Of a stretch of DNA of 64,000 nucleotides, positions 62,384-64,000 are shown one piece after another; positions within the stretch are counted from its first letter, which is position 1; the number at the start of each line of letters is the position of its first letter. Origin of the DNA: Hyphomonadaceae bacterium (lineage in GTDB: Bacteria > Pseudomonadota > Alphaproteobacteria > Caulobacterales > Aquidulcibacteraceae); contig JACMMP010000064.1 of assembly GCA_014378995.1 (NCBI GenBank), forward strand, positions 4,363 through 68,362, given 5' to 3'. The notes under the pieces are model-generated. The model saw nothing but the letters and a program-made list of their open reading frames with translations. It was not told the origin of the DNA and made no database searches. Made by a program: the position numbers and the translations under genes.

Positions 62384-63514
62384 ATGCTCGGTTCAATCTT
62401 TATCGGCCTAAGCGGCATGAACGCCTTCTCCAAAGGCCTTCGCCAGATCAGCAACAACATCACCAATATCAACTCGACCGGCTACAAGGCGACAGACCTT
62501 GCTTTCGTCAATCTGTTCGGCGGCGCCGGCGGACAAGGCGTCGCCATGAGCGACGGGCGCGTCGATTTTAGTCAGGGAGAGCTTCGGCAGACGGATAGAG
62601 ACCTCGACCTTGCGATCGACGGGGACGGTTTCCTTGTGCTCTTGAAAGACGCCCAGCACGTCTTTGCACGCACCGGCAGCTTTGAAGTCAACGAAGACGG
62701 CGACATCGTTTTGGCCGGCACCGATTATAAGCTCACCGTGCTCGATAGCGCAGGCACGCCCACCGCCCTTTCCGTAGGCTCGCACAGAAGCTCGCCGCCG
62801 CAAGCGACCACTGAAATCAAATTCGCCGATAATCTCTCTTCGTCGGCTCAGACCTTCACGCTCTCCAACGTCAAAGTGTTCACCGCGGCGGGCGACTCCC
62901 AGAATTGGCAGATCAAATTCGAACGCACCCCGACTTCCCCGCCTGGGGAATGGACGGTGACCGTCACCGATGGCGCCGGCGCCTCAGTCGGCCAGCAAAC
63001 GCTTCGCTTCATCGGCAGTATTGCAGACCCCGCAACGTCGCGTCTCAGCTTCGGCTCGGGCGCTGCGGCGGTGGACCTCGATTTCTCCGTCGCATCGTCG
63101 TTCTCGTCTGGAGACGTATCGACGCTGCGGATCTCAGAGTCTGACGGATACGCCGCCGGCGAGATAACGGCGATGGGAATCAATGACGAGGGGGTGTTTG
63201 AAATTTCTTACTCAAACGAACAGAAGAAAACCCTGGGCGCGGTCACCATTGCAACATTTACCGATCTCCAAGCGCTTGAGGCCCAGAGCGGCGGGCTCTT
63301 CACTTATGAGGGCGCCAATGGACGCCAATTCCTGACCAGCGATAGCGACAGCGTTGGCAAGGTCGTGTCTGGGCGTCTTGAATCTTCGAACGTCGATCTA
63401 TCGCGCGAGTTTGGCGAGCTGATCCTAGTGCAGCGCGGCTACCAAGCCTCCTCTCAGGTCATCTCGGTTTCCAACGACATGATCCAGCAATTGTTTGGCA
63501 TCCGAGGGCAGTGA
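62384..63514 (+). CDS. flgE: Hook protein FlgE
   Basis: GLSGM...ISNNITNINSTGYK, DLAIDGDGF, RTGSF, LESSNVDLS.EF..LI..QRGYQASS. Confidence 0.92.
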   Translation: MLGSIFIGLSGMNAFSKGLRQISNNITNINSTGYKATDLAFVNLFGGAGGQGVAMSDGRVDFSQGELRQTDRDLDLAIDGDGFLVLLKDAQHVFARTGSFEVNEDGDIVLAGTDYKLTVLDSAGTPTALSVGSHRSSPPQATTEIKFADNLSSSAQTFTLSNVKVFTAAGDSQNWQIKFERTPTSPPGEWTVTVTDGAGASVGQQTLRFIGSIADPATSRLSFGSGAAAVDLDFSVASSFSSGDVSTLRISESDGYAAGEITAMGINDEGVFEISYSNEQKKTLGAVTIATFTDLQALEAQSGGLFTYEGANGRQFLTSDSDSVGKVVSGRLESSNVDLSREFGELILVQRGYQASSQVISVSNDMIQQLFGIRGQ

Positions 63515-64000
63515 TGAGCGCGCACGCCGAACCTTGGGCGCCGGCCGGGGCGCTCTTTGATGACACGCTCGCCGGCCTTGTTGGCGCGCGTGCGCGCGCC
63601 TGGGCCGCGCGCTGGTTCGGCGCCGGCAAAACCATCGATATACGGGTCTGCGACGGCGCCCGTTGCGCCGGGCCTCCGAGCGGCGCCACCACCTGGGAAA
63701 GCCTTGAACCCGGGCTGGTCCTCGCGCTCGATCCGAGAGCGCACACTCCAATCGCATGTTGGATGCTGGGGCTCGATACCGGAACGCGCGTATTGAAGGA
63801 GGCGGAGCAAAAACTCTTTCAGGACCTCGCCTGCACGACCGCGCAGGATTTTATACGCGACGTTGCGGGCGTGTTTTCACTTGGCCCCGACACCCGCGAA
63901 CGCGGGGCATACCGGCACGGCAGAGACGACATCGCCTTGAACGTCAGCATCGGCGCCGCATCCAACGTCTTAAACCTCTACGCGTTGCGACCGCGCGCCA
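63514..64000 (+). CDS. Partial ORF continuing the operon (possible divergent FliM/SctQ-like N-terminus)
   Basis: TGATG overlap with the flgE stop; open to the window end: MSAHAEPWAPAGALFDD...AWAARWFG...; absent from the ORF track because it has no stop. Confidence 0.65.
   Translation, partial: MSAHAEPWAPAGALFDDTLAGLVGARARAWAARWFGAGKTIDIRVCDGARCAGPPSGATTWESLEPGLVLALDPRAHTPIACWMLGLDTGTRVLKEAEQKLFQDLACTTAQDFIRDVAGVFSLGPDTRERGAYRHGRDDIALNVSIGAASNVLNLYALRPRA

Noticed and set aside
46907-64000. Cluster as a decaying flagellar pseudogene region or as a classical injectisome
   Set aside because: All frames are open with tight start/stop overlaps. It has rod, P/L-ring and hook genes and no secretin, needle or translocon genes in the window.

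Overview
High-GC alphaproteobacterial chromosome segment. A Caulobacterales/Hyphomonadales-like origin is inferred from the phyK-ecfG-nepR/phyR layout and the repeat families. From left to right: (1) 5' part of mmsA and a general-stress-response (GSR) island with two DUF1328 genes, Fe-SOD, phyK-like, ecfG, nepR, phyR and an entericidin, carrying several consensus sigma-EcfG promoters. (2) PCu(A)C chaperone, dipeptide epimerase, and an Lrp gene divergent from a fused-E1/E2/aromatic aminotransferase operon that faces a paaZG/ABCDE/paaR cluster lacking paaK. This 10 kb stretch holds four families of palindromic REP-like elements, three copies of which lie in frame inside proteins (both E2 linkers and the PaaD N-terminus). 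(3) A sugar island: De Ley-Doudoroff galactose enzymes, lactonase, aldonolactone oxidase, GH1-like enzyme, a GH1-RmlD fusion and a GT-Glf fusion, with EcfG-type promoters. (4) xth, a thiolase, small Cys-rich orphans, and a TonB receptor/phytase pair with a Pho box. (5) An orphan PD-(D/E)xK nuclease, a three-gene envelope operon of unknown function and a 4-TM thermonuclease. (6) From 46.9 kb to the window end, a compact, divergent flagellar-type cluster (fliQR flhBA TPR flgFGAHIBC fliEF mini-ORF fliHIJ fliK-like flgDE...). It has a shortened FliF, a 99-aa ORF in place of FliG and a Cys-free FlgH, and is the best candidate for a non-rotating, flagellum-derived secretion apparatus. No rRNA, tRNA, CRISPR array or transposase was recognised. 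All calls come from reading the sequence by eye; no searches were run.
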